Shown piece after piece: positions 13,501-26,125 of a stretch of DNA of 64,000 nucleotides (its first letter is position 1; every line of letters starts with the position of its first letter). Made by a program: the position numbers and the translations under genes. The notes under the pieces were generated by a model that had not been told where the DNA came from, did not search any database, and saw only the letters and a list, made by a program, of their open reading frames with translations. The stretch lies in assembly GCA_964270895.1 (NCBI GenBank), contig OZ185437.1; one strand, 5' to 3'. Origin of the DNA: Podarcis filfolensis (lineage: Eukaryota).

Positions 13501-16500
13501 GAAAGCTAGCAACTTAGAAAGCACCTATAGATCCATATATTGTGGCTGATAATGGTCTTCCATGTGCAAAGAATCAGAGTTACCTGGAACCAATTATGGC
13601 AAGGCCAGAGGGAAGCAGGCAATGCTTGGGTAGATGAAGCTATGCTAAAACCTGAGGTATAATAGCATTCTGCAACCTTTAATGTTCTGCTCCAATTTGA
13701 AGCCACCTGGTTCTAGTTCTGGTTGTCTCTGATACATGATATTTGGATCTTTGAGCTCTGCATCTTTCAGAATAGTTATCATTTATCCAAGGGTATGTGG
13801 AATCTGGTTTATTGAAATCTGGCACAGAATACTGAATTGCATATTTTCTCATTTAGGTCATTAAAGGCTGAAGAATTACCTTTTTATTGGTACATTTTGT
13901 TTTTAATTAGCAATATTGCCATGAAGAATGTATGTTAGAAATATGTTCAAATTGGCTAGCACACCTAATTTAGCGTTTTCATTGATATGGCCATTTAAGC
14001 AAAAAAGCAGCAACTCAATGGCATTCAGTGTATTTTATATTGCTACCAACTGCTGAGAATTTCTGTTGCTTACGAACTTAAATGGAACATTAGATTTCCC
14101 TCATAGCTTTCTTCTCCTAGACTAATCCATGTTAAATGGGTCAAAAACAATTGTAAACACCTAGCTTTTTGCAGGTCATGATTGCATAGATAATTGCTTC
14201 TTACCATTCAAAGAGGGTCATTAGCTAACAAGCCAGAGTACTCAAAATGGACAAATTTAAGTGGCTAACCTGAAATTTTCAGCTCACTTTTTTCCTGATA
14301 GGCACTGCAGAATAGTCAGACGCAGACAGTTTAATTTGCCTTTCATAGCCTGTGACAAGGCTCATGATTATTGCATACAACAAATATTCAGTGCAACAAA
14401 TTAGCAGATTATGCTGTTTTGGACAGGCAGCATTAAAAACCCTGCCACTGAATTGTTGGCTGCATCCCACATTGCCAGCATAATAATTACTGCTGAGTTT
14501 CTGGACCTCATCAAGTCAGCAAGGTGATAACCCTGTTGGATCAGATAGGGATATGAGAGATGGCCAACAGAAAAAAGGACCGAGTACGGAAATGGCAACA
14601 TCTCTGCGTTAGAACCCTGGCAAGTGCCACTTGAATTATGGCAGTTGTTTGGCAGGGGCAGGGCTGTTCTGGAGAATAGCTTGCAGCAACACTAGATTAC
14701 AGCATTTGTTCCTTCCAAGGGGAATTGCTGTGAGCACTGAAGCAAAGAAACCAAATCGGAGGGTGGGGAAAGTGAGGATCAGAAGGCAAATGTAGTATGG
14801 AAAACTGTGATTTGTGACAGTGTTACAAGCTCTTGTTTCACTGGACTTGCTTGCATTTTCTGCCAAGGAACAAAGTCCATGGTATAAGCTAAAGAGGAAT
14901 TATATTCTCCTCTATTTTCTCTTATAGTTTAGCAGGACGTGGTTGAAAAATGATTGACAGTGTATAAATTTAATGCTGTTCTTCTAGCCTTATCCAATGG
15001 ACACTGGTTTAAAAAAAGTGCAGCAGCAAGCAGGATATATAATATCAACTGAACAGATGATTGCACATAGTCTGGCTAGACACTGTAGATGACCTATGGG
15101 GGTGTCTAACTTCTCTCTCTCATACACACACCAGGTGATCATCATTGTCAAAGCTGGCTATTCATATCATTGTTTAGGAGAATCCTGCACAAAATCAGTC
15201 CAGCACAGATCACTGCATATGAAGCCCTGTGTCAGGTTTTTACCCTTTACCCATACAGCATCCTTTGTTAAATGTATGACAAAATCCAGCAGATATATCC
15301 CATTGTGCTAGCAGGAGTCCTTATACAGGACTTTCACTTATGCAGCAGGTTAGGTGAATGCCACCCATGGTCAATTTTATAATAAATGTTTAATATATAC
15401 AACAATATACTTTTCCCCATACAAATCTCTACATTTAATTTGGTTAAAGGGCATCCTGTTTGTCATATACAGCACGTATATATGTTAGTTTTGATATAAT
15501 CTCTTTCCTTTAGGGTTAAATTTACCTCCATTTAATTTTTGTATGAATGAAAAATATTTTTCCAAAAATAAATGCTAGAGGTGTGAGCAAGACATTTCAT
15601 ATTATAAAAATAATAAGTAACATCATATCTTGATAGAATTTCATATTTTTTATATTTGTCACTTGCAGTAACTTTAAAGATTCAATCTGTTTCCTAGGAT
15701 GTGTAGAATGCAACAGTGTCTCATTAGATTTGTGCTTGGCTTGTTATTGCAGTTGTTAATGAACAGGAAATCAAATATGGTATGGAGACTACTAGTTCAC
15801 TGCATCTCAAAGATTATATTACGCACTGCAAGTTTGTAGCATGGAAATTGCAAATAAGCAATATTGAACATCTAACACAGAACAGTTTTCACATGGCTAG
15901 CTTTCTCAAGATGCTATTTTTATAATAGATTGATATAAATCTTGTTACTCTGTGTCAGCGAATGCTAGATAGTATGCAGTTCAGACTGTCTTCTAAAACA
16001 CATTGATATTAATCTTGTCCCTGTATATCAAGTTGGTAACTCAAGTATCCATACATACTAAATGTAGCCTGAATAGCCTCTCTTCATTTGCAGGACCACT
16101 TGTCCCTCACTAAAGTGGTATTCAGAAACTTTCAGGATGTGGGTAAAGTTTTAAAGAATTCTCAGAGGATGGTGGTCTTACGCTTTTCACACCTGTGGAA
16201 CATCAGTATGTCACATTATACCATTCGGAATCAAAGATCACAAGTCTCCCAAAAATCTACCCCAGGTTATTCTGACAGACTAATTTAGCAGCTTTAATGC
16301 AGCCTCCCTGGGCCTCCCAAAAACTTTTCTAAATCAAAGTCTTTCTTGCATTCTCTCTCTCTCTTAAATATAATTTGTATTGATTTTGAAAATGTGTGTG
16401 TGTGTGTGTATGTGCATACCGACATTACAAAATATTCAAAACAAATATGCCACTCAATAATTTACAGTCCAAACAAGAAAAAGAAAAGAAGGAAAGGAAA

Positions 16501-18064
16501 GGAAAACAAATTACAGATTAAGCATCAGAGTCCTTTTAAACTGTTTCATCTTCTTTATAGGGTTTAGCAAGTGCAGTTAAGGCACAGAAATCTATTTCAG
16601 CTATAAATCATTCCATATACCCACATACTAAGTGAGGGTTACTGGAACCTCCATTTTTCATTAATAAATTTGATAAAATCACACCACATCAAAAAGTACC
16701 TTTTTTGTTATTCCTTTATGTAAATGTATATTTTGGGTTAGCTTTTCAGATAAAGCCCCAAACCAGACTTTATTATGCCAATTTTTGAAGCAATTAGGGG
16801 CATTTTCTTGAAGCAATTAGGGGTATTTTCTTAATATTTCCAGAATCTTGTAATGGTTAACCTAGGCACCAGTAAGAGGAAGTGGATTACGTCTTTATTC
16901 TTACAATCAAGATTTTGCCCATCTCTGATATTTAAAAATGCAATGGATGGAATCACAAGAACATTTAGGTGAGAAATCAAGCACCTAGCACTAGAATCTT
17001 TCCACCTTATGTAAATTTACCACGTGTAAATAAGTCGCTTTTGAGATCTATGTGTGACAGGTGTCAAGTGCCATCCAAAAAACAATGTTAAGGTTTGTTT
17101 CCTTACCTAACGCTGAAATTGAATGCATAGGTTTAGTAGCCCAGAATTTTTTTTTTTGTCAAGCATCTACCTTGAGTTGAAAGCTAAAGCATTATTTCCA
17201 GCAGTCTTTTAGTGCCTGAAGGGAACCCATATTGATTCCAATCAGTTGATAAGTCCAGCTCTTGCTATAATTTCTTTCAGAAAGAACCGCATTTCATATG
17301 CATTCAAGTTTCTGGTGGCACCTAGTGAGTGGTTTTTGCTGTAGGGGCTACTGAGGTGCTGTTCATAAACTTCGCTAAGCATCTGTGGTACTGAACAAGC
17401 TGTTCTGTAGTTACAGTTGCTGATATCTGATTGGTACCAGTCTTTCCCACTGCCAATAAGCTAATTATACAAATAAAGATTATTGGCAATGTTTCAGTGT
17501 TAAAACCTTCTGTAGTGATTGCCCCCTTTCCTTGTATTTATGCCTATATTTCTCAGCATTTTTTTCTTTCTTGTTCAATATTGCACATTTGGTTATATTT
17601 GATTTTTGTCTTCATATAGTGAATTCTGATTGGACTTAAATACTTTGTTCCCGAAACAGATCTTTCCTGCCTGTCCATATAATGTATTTTCCATTTTCTT
17701 GAAGCAGTTCTTAATTTCTTGAAGCAACCTCTTGCCCTTACGGTGATCAAATTTTCAACCCTTTCATTGCATTTCAGTTAACAGTTTGGGTCCTCCACCA
17801 ACCTTCTAGAGCAATTTGGGATTGGTGCAAGGCACATGTGGGGAGCAGAGGTGGGAAATCCTGTTGCACAAGAGGAAGTCATTCTGCTTCCACAATTATT
17901 TAGTTGAACACAGTCCATCGTTACCTGCTTCTTAACTTTCTGCCCTAGACTTTATAACTCTCAGTAAGTTGTCACAACCCATGCATTATACAGACGTCCC
18001 ATGATTCCTTTCCTTTGGCAAAGTTGTTTTATATTCCTCCAACAGTGCAACTGAAAAATAATAA

Positions 18065-18151
18065 GGGTGATTCTGTGCATGTCTCCTTAGAAATAAGTCC
18101 CGTTGAGTTGAATGGGATTTATTGCCAGGTAGAAAGGTATAGGATTGCAGC
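18065..18151. repeat. Short palindromic sauropsid MITE (gctgcaatcct...aggattgcagc family)
   Basis: Core aagtccc.ttgagttgaatggga ending in aggattgcagc. Related copies lie at about 19684-19772, 26742-26812, 51700-51735 and 58410-58488. Confidence 0.6.
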
Positions 18152-19683
18152 TATAATTGTCTGTTGACGACTATTTTAGTACTCTCCATTTCTGAAGTGA
18201 AAACTGTTGTTTTGCCTTTAAGGGTCATGTGATTACAGAGATTAGTCATCCTTGGAATAGTACTTTTAAAAAACATTGCCTCATACCTAAACATACAACC
18301 CATTACCACAATCATGGCTAATCATACTCTGCTAGGTTCACCAGAAAGATGGGATAAATACAAATAGCAATGGTATATGATAGTCCAAACAGAGCAGTCC
18401 AAAGAGAGATCAACAAGTGATGCAAGATACAGAAAAGTTCAGCATGTGAAGTTTCCATCAATGACAACACTACACATTGTGACCAGATAAACCTTACCTT
18501 CAGAAGTCCTTAGTACCCACATTTATTGTAGTATATTTTAAAAAGGAAAGTGTATTTTGGGCAGTAATTGGCAGCCACTAGAAAAAACACTTTCCTCTTA
18601 GCACACATACCATCTAGCCAGTTTAATCTTATGGAATTGTCATCTTGAAAACTTAAGTCAGGGGATACATTTTTAATTTAATAACTCAATGCATTATTTA
18701 CTTAGCCATGTTGTTTTCCTATTAGGTTTCTACCTCATAACCTTGGTAATAAAATAGATACAATATGCACATTACTGGTTTATAAAATACTGTGGGGGGG
18801 GGGGTTGGGGATGAAAAAAATTAGGAGAGCAAACTGAGGAACCAGAATGAAATACAGAGATTTGAACAACATGTTGTTCTGGGGAAATGTGTTTAAAAGT
18901 CATCACAAAAAGGCCCAGTTATCTGTATGGTGCAGGGCTTAACCCCCATCAACCCCACCCAATAATTTTCTACTTTACTGTGAAAGGGAGGGGGGAAATG
19001 TGTTGTCTCATTCAAGAAAGCTGTATACCTACTATAGAAAGATATGACTGAACCATAAAAGATAGATAGAAGGACCATCAAAATAATTGGAAGCATGAAA
19101 AAAAATATTTGGAAGGAAATTCTAGCATGTTCAGGGCTTTTCAGCTTAGAAGAAAAGGCATGTCTGAGAGCAGGAGGGTGGAAAAATAGATGTGTCATAA
19201 GTAGTGTGGGAAAAGTGAATAAGGTACTATTACCTGCTCTCTTTCTCCACACCAGTTGTGACAGGCTTATCTCTCCACCCTGTCATAACACACTGTTGAA
19301 ATAAGCAGTTATTTCTAAGTTGATTATTATAAATCTTGTAATAAATGTCTTCAGTAAAGTACATCTCTGGGATGGGAATGTGAACCACAAATGTAAACAT
19401 TTTGATCAATGGTCATGGTAATTTTTTTTCTGCATTAATTGTGTTTAAGAAGTGAAACACATGATCAGCAAGTTCACATGATGATCAGCTGTTAGACAAC
19501 ACCACATCAGACTATAGTTGGAGAACTGAAGACTTGGTTGCTCCCTGATACAAAATAGTAATAATAAACATCCTTTCACATAACTACTGTGTTTTGGAGA
19601 AGACTAGGCTAAAGCTCTTCTCATTGCTATACTGGATTTTTGTATATTCTGTAAAGTTGCTCTCAAACCTCTGAAGTTATATA

Positions 19684-19772
19684 CAGTGCAGATCTATTCA
19701 TGTCTACTCAGAAGTAAGCCCTATTGAGTTCAATAGAATATAGTTCAGGTAACCATGTATAGGAATGTAGTC
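19684..19772. repeat. Copy of the short palindromic MITE family
   Basis: catgtctactcagaagtaagccctattgagttcaatag...tataggaatgtag parallels 18065-18151. Confidence 0.55.
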
Positions 19773-19903
19773 ATAGTCAAGCAACAGACATCAAGTGGAA
19801 TTGCTGATCAAGTTGTTTGACTATAAATTCAGAGCACAAAAAACTTCAAAGAAAGAAGATGGGGAAGATCTTCCTTCTAAAAAGTAGGGGGGGGGGCAAA
19901 AAA

Positions 19904-19927
19904 GAAGAAGAAGAAGAAGAAGAAGAA
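19904..19927 (+). repeat. (GAA)8 microsatellite
   Basis: Read directly from the sequence. It explains the poly-E stretch in the spurious ORF 19817-20020. Confidence 0.95.
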
Positions 19928-20825
19928 GCAGCCCAGAAATACACTGTGAATATATCTACCTTGCTCATAAGAGACAATGGATCAATTGAATTAGGCATTT
20001 ATGTCATGCAGGTACCTTAGTTAATTTAAAAGTTAATATTGGGGCCTGAGATTAAGTATCACCAGAATAATTAATTTTGTTTACTGATTTTATTTTAATT
20101 TAGAAAGGCATTCAAGGACATAACCAATCAAACTCTCCGGAGGGAACTAATTCTTATCAGCCTGCTGCTGAATATTTGCCCTCAAAAGCCAAAATTGATT
20201 CTCATGTAATCCATTCAGAAATGGTGATGTTTGTGTTTATTGTGCACTCTGCAGTTGGGTCCAAAAGTACCACATGAAGATGTTTTTATACAGTCTGAAG
20301 CAAGAGCCCCTCTTTAGGAGCACTCCACCACTGCATTTTCAAAAGATTATTAGGAAAATATCACACCTCTCTCTCTTATCAGTTCAGAGAATCCACAGGA
20401 TCCACTACAGTACCCCATGTATTTGGTGATAATTGCTACTAAAAACAGGGCCTCAATGAATGATTTGTTCCAATATGTGTTGGACCTGGAATAAATTTCA
20501 TTTCAAGCACCCTCCTTCTCAGTATGGATAAGAGGTTCCTTCCATACAGAGCAGCTGAAAATAAGATAGAAGGTAGAATGTTGATGAATTTAGTCCATTG
20601 TGATGTCGATTCATAGCTGAACTGTAGCTCCCACTGATGGATTGATGCTGTCTGTTATGGAGTTGGGACTTGATTTCTCCAACCAGATGTATGACAAACA
20701 GTCTTTGATTCGTCAAAATCAGTGCATTGAGCATTGCTTGACATTTTGCAGAAAAGCAGTTTCTGGATTCTTCCAGAGTTTGGTGCCATTTCAAGGATGA
20801 ATGTATTAAGCACACTTTTTGAACT

Positions 20826-21374
20826 TAGAGATGGGCAAATTTGTCAGTTTTGGTTTTCTCAGGTTCTCATTTCCCCCCAACCTTGAGTTCTCCACATTTC
20901 CATCAGTCTGCAATTAATTTATTTTTAAAAAGAGTCTCTGTGCATTTTAGTGCAAATTTCTCCTAATAAGCACATGTTTTTATTCACTTTTGTCTAATAT
21001 GCAGTATTGCAAAGCAATGTTCCCTAAAACATTATTTTCACTATCATATGCATACTTTTACCTTAGTACAGGGGGGCACAACCTGTGAACCTCCAGATGG
21101 TTGTTGGACTACAACTCCCATCATCCATGATCACTGGCTATGCTGGCTGGGAGTTGTAGTCCAGAAACATCTGGAGGGCCACAGATTGTGCACCCCTGCC
21201 TTAATAGATACATTTTTGTATACACTGGTTGGTTGGCGAAATCCATTGCAAAATTCAGAAAAGTGTGAATTTCAAGGGATGGCTGTCTATTGTTTGCCTG
21301 TTGTTTCAGAAAAGTGCAGATGAAGGAGGTTCACCTTTAAATATGAACTGAAAGGAATTTCTCCCCAATCACCT
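20826..21374. mobile_element. Decayed non-autonomous DNA transposon (TAGAGATGGG terminus) interrupted by a younger MITE
   Basis: Begins TAGAGATGGGCAAATT and ends in a degenerate ...ttctccccaatcacct. The AT-rich interior resembles a common lizard element, from memory. A similar terminus aaattgcccatctatcccta occurs near 29676-29694. Confidence 0.45.
21069..21198. mobile_element. Palindromic hAT MITE (130 bp), related to 4470-4607
   Basis: TIRs CAGGGGGGCACAACCTGTG / CACAGATTGTGCACCCCTG (17/19). TSD ccttagta / ccttaata (7/8). Shares the gactacaactcccatca / gggagttgtagtcc core. Confidence 0.85.
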
Positions 21375-22128
21375 TTTCTATCATGCAGCAGTTAACATCA
21401 GCTGTGATTTGATCTGCACAAGAAAAGTGTTAAATCTGGCAGCATATTTTAAAAAGAGCATTTCTTTTTGTCTTATTGATGCACCATTGCTCTTAAGGGG
21501 AACTGGACATATTTTACTTTTTTAAAAAAATTAATGCCCCCCCCCCAAGACTCAAGGGGAGAATTCAATGTAAAATAGTAAAATGTATGTAAAAAGATGT
21601 ATGTACTTTACACACATTTTAAGAATTTTACGATTCCCCCTGAGAGCGATGGCAGGTGATCAAATTCTGTAACTTCCAGCAGGCCTTACTACGGTGATTT
21701 CAATCTGCATGGCAACAAACCACTTTTTAGGCTAGCTGTACACAGCTGGATGAAATCGCTTTTTAAAAACAACATGATTAGGCAGACAGCCCCCAGATCA
21801 CCTTGTGAGAGCTCACAACTTAGACCACCTCATAAGTGGTGTGAGAGTTGTTATTGTTTTACAACCAAGCAGTATATAAATTTTATAAAACAAACGTTTT
21901 TCCCCCTTTGTTTTTTTCATTTAAACAACTTCTGTGCAGATTTTAAAGGATATATACTTTGGAAACCTGTCCTGAACAACCCACATGGAAACAGGATGGA
22001 ATGGAATTTTGTCCTGTCCCATGATGACATTGATTTATTCCCTGGTTCTATCCCTAGTTTTTAATAACCCAAGTAGGTGAAAAGTGTGATGGAAAGTAGC
22101 TCCAAAAGGGTAGATTTGTATGTGATGT

Positions 22129-22212
22129 GATATATATAGATATATAGATATATAGAGAGATATATAGAGATATAGATAGATAGATATAGATATAGATATA
22201 GATACACACACA
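22129..22212 (+). repeat. Compound (AT)/(AGAT)/(AC) microsatellite about 0.5 kb upstream of exon 2
   Basis: gatatatatagatatatagatatatagagaga...gatacacacaca, read directly. Confidence 0.9.
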
Positions 22213-22724
22213 TGTTTAAACAATGCACACATATCTCTTGGTTATAAGAAATTTATAAGAAATGTATCTGAAGCAAAGGCTAAGAGAAAGGATGAGTTGG
22301 TGCAAATAGAGGAGAATGATGGGGTAGCTGTGTCTTTAACTTGGCTTGAACTTCCAAACCAGCTGGTGATAGAGAGCCTGTCAGTAATAACAGTAATAAA
22401 TGACAGATGTAGTCATGCTGTACCTGCTTCAACTAAAGCATCTCCTTGAATGGGAATAATATCTTGGCAAAATTGTCCTTGTGAATATTTTTGCTATCGG
22501 ATTATAACTCAATGGACTGTCACAGAAATGCTGTTTTCAGTAAAACAAAAGGAGTGAATTGTTGCAAAGTCATCCCAACTTTCCCCCCTGCTTCCTGAAC
22601 CATATATCTAGTGAGGCAATGTTTCTAGTGGTGGTAAGTGAAGAGGGAAAATGCTTTCCAAAGCCTCTGACTATTTTTTCTCATGAGCTATTCTAATCAA
22701 ATCATTGTTGCTGTTTAATCCTAG

Positions 22725-22964
<240 letters not shown>

Positions 22965-23785
22965 TAATATGCCCAGTATATATAGGTAATTGTTTTCAAC
23001 ACATTTAAATGTACAGTGTGGTGTTTTTTTAAAGGGGGTGGGAGTATATTTTTTAAAAATCCTACAGAAATATATTGCTACATTATTTATTACTACATTA
23101 TTGCTATACATATGAAAACTTAAATTATTTCTGCTATTGTTTCTGTAGAGAAAGCAGGAATACAATCTGGCTCTCTTCTCTTTGCTTCCAAAATGGTTTA
23201 AACTTGAAAACCACCAAACAGCAGAGGAATCCTGCAGAAAATGGCCATAGTAAATACTGAAAGCCAAGGAATAGATGGAGAGAAAAGAAGATTTGCAGCC
23301 TGATATTGCACATGTTTGATGGGTTTCAAATTAGATCACAGCCTTAGAACAGTAGGCTAGTAACAAATCTAAGTGTGTGTTGAAAGTCAGGTCGGAGTTA
23401 AAGTTAAAGGGTGATCCAAAGAAGACAAAACTGATGAGCTGTAGTGAAGCATGGTAAAAAGAAATCTGTTAACAACCCTACAAAAATACTACATCGCAAT
23501 TAGGCTATTAAAAGGGGATGCAATGCAATACAGTTAGAGCTTGGATCAGTGGTCTCCAACCTTTCTGGTCCTATGGACTTGTCTGCAAACTACAACAACT
23601 GTTATGAACACCACACACACACTGGCTGCAACTTCACAAAATACCCCATACCACAACTAGGCTTGAAGAAAAAGCTTTCTGATGACCAAAGAAGGCTTCT
23701 TTCAAGGCTAATTTCAGCATGAGAGGGAAGACTGTGGGCCCTGGAAAGGCCTCTCTGGGCATATGTGTGCCTGCAGTTGCCACAT

Positions 23786-24213
23786 CTCCTGGTATGTCCC
23801 ACAGAGAAATTTACGGTCTGCAAATAAAAACATCCTGAAGATCCCAGGCCACAGAGAGGTTAGGCTGGCCTCAACTAGAGCCAGGGCTTTCTCGGCTGCG
23901 GCTCCAATCTGGTGGAACGCTCTGTCACAAGAGACTAGGGCCCTGCGGGACCTGACATCTTTCCGCAGGGCCTGCAAGACAGAGCTGTTCCACCAGGCCT
24001 TTGGTCAGGGCTCAGCCTGACCCCCTCCTCTGGCAATCTGCACAGAATTTTGCTTAATGGTTGCCATCAATTTGAATTTAATTTGATTTTAATTTATTTT
24101 ATAATGAATGTTTTTAGAATGTTGGATTATTTTGATTGTTGTTAGCCGCCCTGAGCCCAGCTTCGGCTGGGGAGGGCGGGATATAAATAAAATTTATTAT
24201 TATTATTATTATT
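23786..24213 (+). mobile_element. L2 LINE 3' end, relatively young (CpGs retained)
   Basis: Open frame YVPQRNLRSANKNILKIPGHREVRLASTRARAFSAAAPIWWNALSQETRALRDLTSFRRACKTELFHQAF, a classic L2 ORF2 C-terminus. Then a T-rich UTR, a terminal stem-loop at 24146-24179, AATAAA at 24186 and an (ATT)n tail. Confidence 0.88.
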
Positions 24214-25629
24214 GGCAAACCATGAACTAAACCAGTGGCTAGAGATAACATGGATATAATCCTCATAAGAGGGAACTTCTAGATATACCACAGATTTCTG
24301 AATTTGGCAAATGATACTGAATGAGCAAAATAAAAGTGAACCTGAGATTCCCCTGCAGCAAACTCATTCCCACTTTCCAACATTGCAAACTTATTATCCA
24401 TCTCTGACCATTTCCCCAATTTATGACATGCCTTTTTAATATCAATTTGCAAGCCCTCGAGTCAAGGACTATCCTTAGGCTTGGTTTGCATGTATTTACC
24501 AGGTACAGATAAAGGGGATGTGGTACCCTGCCCACTAGTCTGGGGGTGCCTGTCTTCTACTGGGGTGCCTGGTCTTCTACCAGGCTTCTCCTTGTAGGTA
24601 TCCTTGTTAGCACAGAGGCTAGATGTGAAAAATCCAACAAGTGTAGGCTCAATTCATATAATCTACAACCCACATACATTTTGGAAATTGGCTAAATGAT
24701 TCAGACCTTGGTGCATCAGCTGTATTCAAATATTATGCTATTGGTAGATGTCCTTTGGGCCCATAGGCATGGATGCTGCCCAAGGGCAAGGCAGAACAGT
24801 ATCATCCCATTGCCCCTGTTGCATATGGCTGGTATGTTTGTCCAATCTAGCTTACTTAGTGCAGATTAAAATATTGGCAATCTTTAAAAGCATAATAAAA
24901 GCCCATTCCTTTAAAAAAAAAAAACCCACCTCTTATTCCTTTCTTTATGATCTTAGAACTTTTATTGCTCAAAAACATTAGTAAGACACACTATTCATGA
25001 TGCCCCTACCTCCTAACCTTTATGAAGATCCTTCTTTCCTTATTTCTTTAGAATAAGTCCTGTGAAATAACATCAGAGTGACTTGTGGGTTCTTGACATT
25101 TTTACAAGCAATCTCCTTCTGTACTAAATATATAGCACTTTGTACTGGATAAAGCACAGATCAATGAACTATGTGGGTGCTTCACAGATTACAAGCATTG
25201 TCACTCAAGGATAAAGAAATCTTTCTTCTGCCTTGGAATGGCTCACTTTGGTGGTCTTCCTGTAACCAATATAATGAAAAGGAAGTTCCTATTTTTTTGC
25301 ACAGCAAGTCAAGTCCTCTTAATTTTTGGTAATGAACCTTGAAAATGTGGAGTCTATGTTTGTATCTTCAGGTTGTTTACACCCCAGTCTTTCATACAGC
25401 AGCCCATTTCATATTTTCATGTGAAATCAAATGAATACATGCCAGGGAAGTGGCACTGTGTAAGTAGGTTCCATACCTGACCTACATACATTCATTAGAA
25501 TGCATCTGTAGAGAGCCCACAATGGATATGAACACTGTTGTGTTTGTGTATGCATAGCCACACTTGGTAGGACAAATTGGCAGTTCACGTTTTCTGCCAG
25601 AAGCTTTTCCTGTCAATGCCACAAATTCC

Positions 25630-26125
25630 ATTCAAAGTAGCACAAAAGTGGAGAACAGATGCAGTACCATCAAGAGAAGAATTACACCTTAAAATATTAG
25701 AATATATAGAACTTGCCATCATGACAAACAGATTAAGAAATAAAGATGATAAGAATTTAAAAGAGGACTGGACATCATATATAGAGAATATATAGAAAAA
25801 AATAGTATAACAAGAAATGAAGTGTAACAGACTGAAAAAAATACTCAGCAGTAGATGTGACAAAGTGAGACAGTGTAAGGTAATGAAAATAATTTAGTAG
25901 AATAAGAAAACGCAGTCAAAAAGACAACAGGTAGGATACCAGAGAAAGAACAGAAGGGAGTTAAAATTAAGGCTCATAGGAGTCAATTAAATTGGAGGAA
26001 TAAGCTGTGTTACTATTATTACACTGTCTTACACTTATGTTATTTCCCCCTCTTCTTACTATCATGTGTTTGACTGCAACATACTATGCATTGATAATAT
26101 GATAAAAAAGTTTTTTAAAAAATAA
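25630..26125 (+). mobile_element. L1-clade LINE 3' end (ORF2 C-terminus plus 3' UTR)
   Basis: VAQKWRTDAVPSREELHLKILEYIELAIMTNRLRNKDDKNLKEDWTSYIENI* resembles the AQKWK..P..EEW..K..EYAE.A.LT......F..DW C-terminus of squamate L1 ORF2, from memory. The strand is A-rich and ends in an A-rich tract. Confidence 0.7.

Larger units (their letters stand above)
1..22724 (+). other. NKAIN2: 3' part of NKAIN2 intron 1 (exon 1 lies upstream of the window)
   Basis: I found no exon-1 sequence (MG.CSGRC...) in the window. The region ends at the exon 2 acceptor, with a branch-point-like TTCTAAT at 22691-22697. Confidence 0.85.
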
